This document shows positions 5,408 through 6,194 of a stretch of 6,194 nt of DNA, one piece after another. The notes below the pieces were generated by a model that was not told the origin of the DNA, did no database searches, and worked only from the letters and a program-made list of their open reading frames with translations. Source of the stretch: a virus; the IMG/VR virus record IMGVR_UViG_3300045988_168943, positions 1-6,194 of that record; one strand, given 5' to 3'. The translations under genes were made by a program, and so were the position numbers. Every line of letters starts with the position of its first letter. The first letter of the stretch is position 1.

Positions 5408-6194
5408 ATGGTTAAGTCAGTTTTACAAAAACCGCTTTCGATTTCAAACGTATCTCGTAATGCGTTTGATGTAGGCTATAGTAACAAGTTTACTAGCAGT
5501 CTTGGTATGTTGTTGCCGTGTTTCGTTCGTGAGTGTAACCCTGATGAGCACTACCGCATTAATGCCCGTATGTTCACTCGTACAATGCCTATGAACTCGG
5601 CTGCGTTCATTCAGTGTACACAACATATTGAGTTCTTTTTTGTGCCTTATCGTCTCTTGTGGCGAGACTTCCCTCAGTTTGTGACGGGTACCAAGTTCCC
5701 TACTTCTCTGTATGATTCTAAGGTTTCTTCTGATTCTCCAAAGTTCGATTTGGCTAAGATTTATAACGCTTTCAAAGATAAGTTATCTGCTTCTAACCCT
5801 ACCCCTGCTGGTGGTCTTGGTACAGATTTGCTTGGTTATCCTAAGATACAGAATGCAATGCGTCTGCTTGATTTGCTCGGTTATGGTTGTTATTATACTC
5901 CAGAATCTATGGATTTCGCTCCTGCAGCTATGAATCCTTTTCGCTTGCTTGCTTATCAGAAGATTTGCGCCGATTTCTACCGTGTTGCGAATTGGGAAGA
6001 CAACCGTGTTAAGTCTTGGAATATTGATGGTCTTAATATAGACCTTACTTCTTCGTGGAATGCTGTAACGTTGCAGAATTTCTTGGATAATTATCTCGCA
6101 CTCAATTATCGTCCTTGGAAAAAAGATTTGTTTACCATTGCTAATACCCAATTTCAAGGTGCAGATTTCTTGAGTAATCATTTTGCTTCGCCCT
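5408..6194 (+). CDS. VP1: Major capsid protein VP1 (gpF homologue), N-terminal part; runs off the window end and continues at 1..1005
   Basis: I translated it by hand from ATG 5408 and found no stop through 6194. The protein begins MVKSVLQKPLSISNVSRNAFDVGYSNKFTSSLGMLLPCFVRECNPDEHYRINARMFTRTMPMNSAAFIQCTQHIEFFFVPYRLLW and later contains LNYRPWKKDLFT. These are characteristic microvirus capsid blocks (FTRT..P...AAF....FFFVPYRLLW, as in Alpavirinae-like VP1). The ORF track missed it because it has no stop inside the window. Confidence 0.93.
   Translation, partial: MVKSVLQKPLSISNVSRNAFDVGYSNKFTSSLGMLLPCFVRECNPDEHYRINARMFTRTMPMNSAAFIQCTQHIEFFFVPYRLLWRDFPQFVTGTKFPTSLYDSKVSSDSPKFDLAKIYNAFKDKLSASNPTPAGGLGTDLLGYPKIQNAMRLLDLLGYGCYYTPESMDFAPAAMNPFRLLAYQKICADFYRVANWEDNRVKSWNIDGLNIDLTSSWNAVTLQNFLDNYLALNYRPWKKDLFTIANTQFQGADFLSNHFASP
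6140..6194. repeat. Terminal direct repeat, copy 2 (identical to 1..55)
   Basis: Exact 55-nt identity with the window start, giving a circular unit length of 6139 nt. Confidence 0.95.

Noticed and set aside
5541-5548. CTGATGAG, the conserved hammerhead ribozyme core box
   Set aside because: It lies inside the VP1 coding frame (P-D-E-H). I could find no adjacent stem II, no GAAA box and no flanking helices in the required arrangement. An 8-mer like this is expected by chance.
5783-6181. 132-aa minus-strand ORF antisense to the capsid gene
   Set aside because: Same reasoning as above. It is embedded in the well-supported VP1 frame and is the mirror of a coding region.

Overview
The window is one complete, circularly permuted Microviridae (small ssDNA phage) genome. 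Bases 1-55 recur exactly at 6140-6194, so the unit length is 6139 nt. The major capsid gene crosses that junction: 5408..6194 continues in frame at 1..1005, giving 578 aa. All convincing genes lie on the + strand and are tightly packed. In order they are VP1 capsid, a 139-aa acidic protein with a C-terminal (ETP)n tandem repeat, the VP2-like pilot/minor capsid protein, a possible 34-aa membrane peptide, and an intrinsic terminator. A roughly 500-650 nt non-coding region follows. After it come a 133-aa DUF5675-like protein with a His/Cys motif (putative cell-wall enzyme), a possible 31-aa membrane peptide, and a 574-aa HUH rolling-circle Rep (VP4). The capsid motifs, the long VP4, the absence of Shine-Dalgarno sequences and a TAnnTTTG box suggest an Alpavirinae-like microvirus of a Bacteroidota host; this is inference only. 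Most of the unusual signals sit in the non-coding region. One is a compositionally foreign GC-rich island packed with stable hairpins (2683-2977). The other is a 28-bp site with strong similarity to bacterial dif (3038-3065), in a genome that encodes no integrase. No rRNA, tRNA, CRISPR array or transposase was found.
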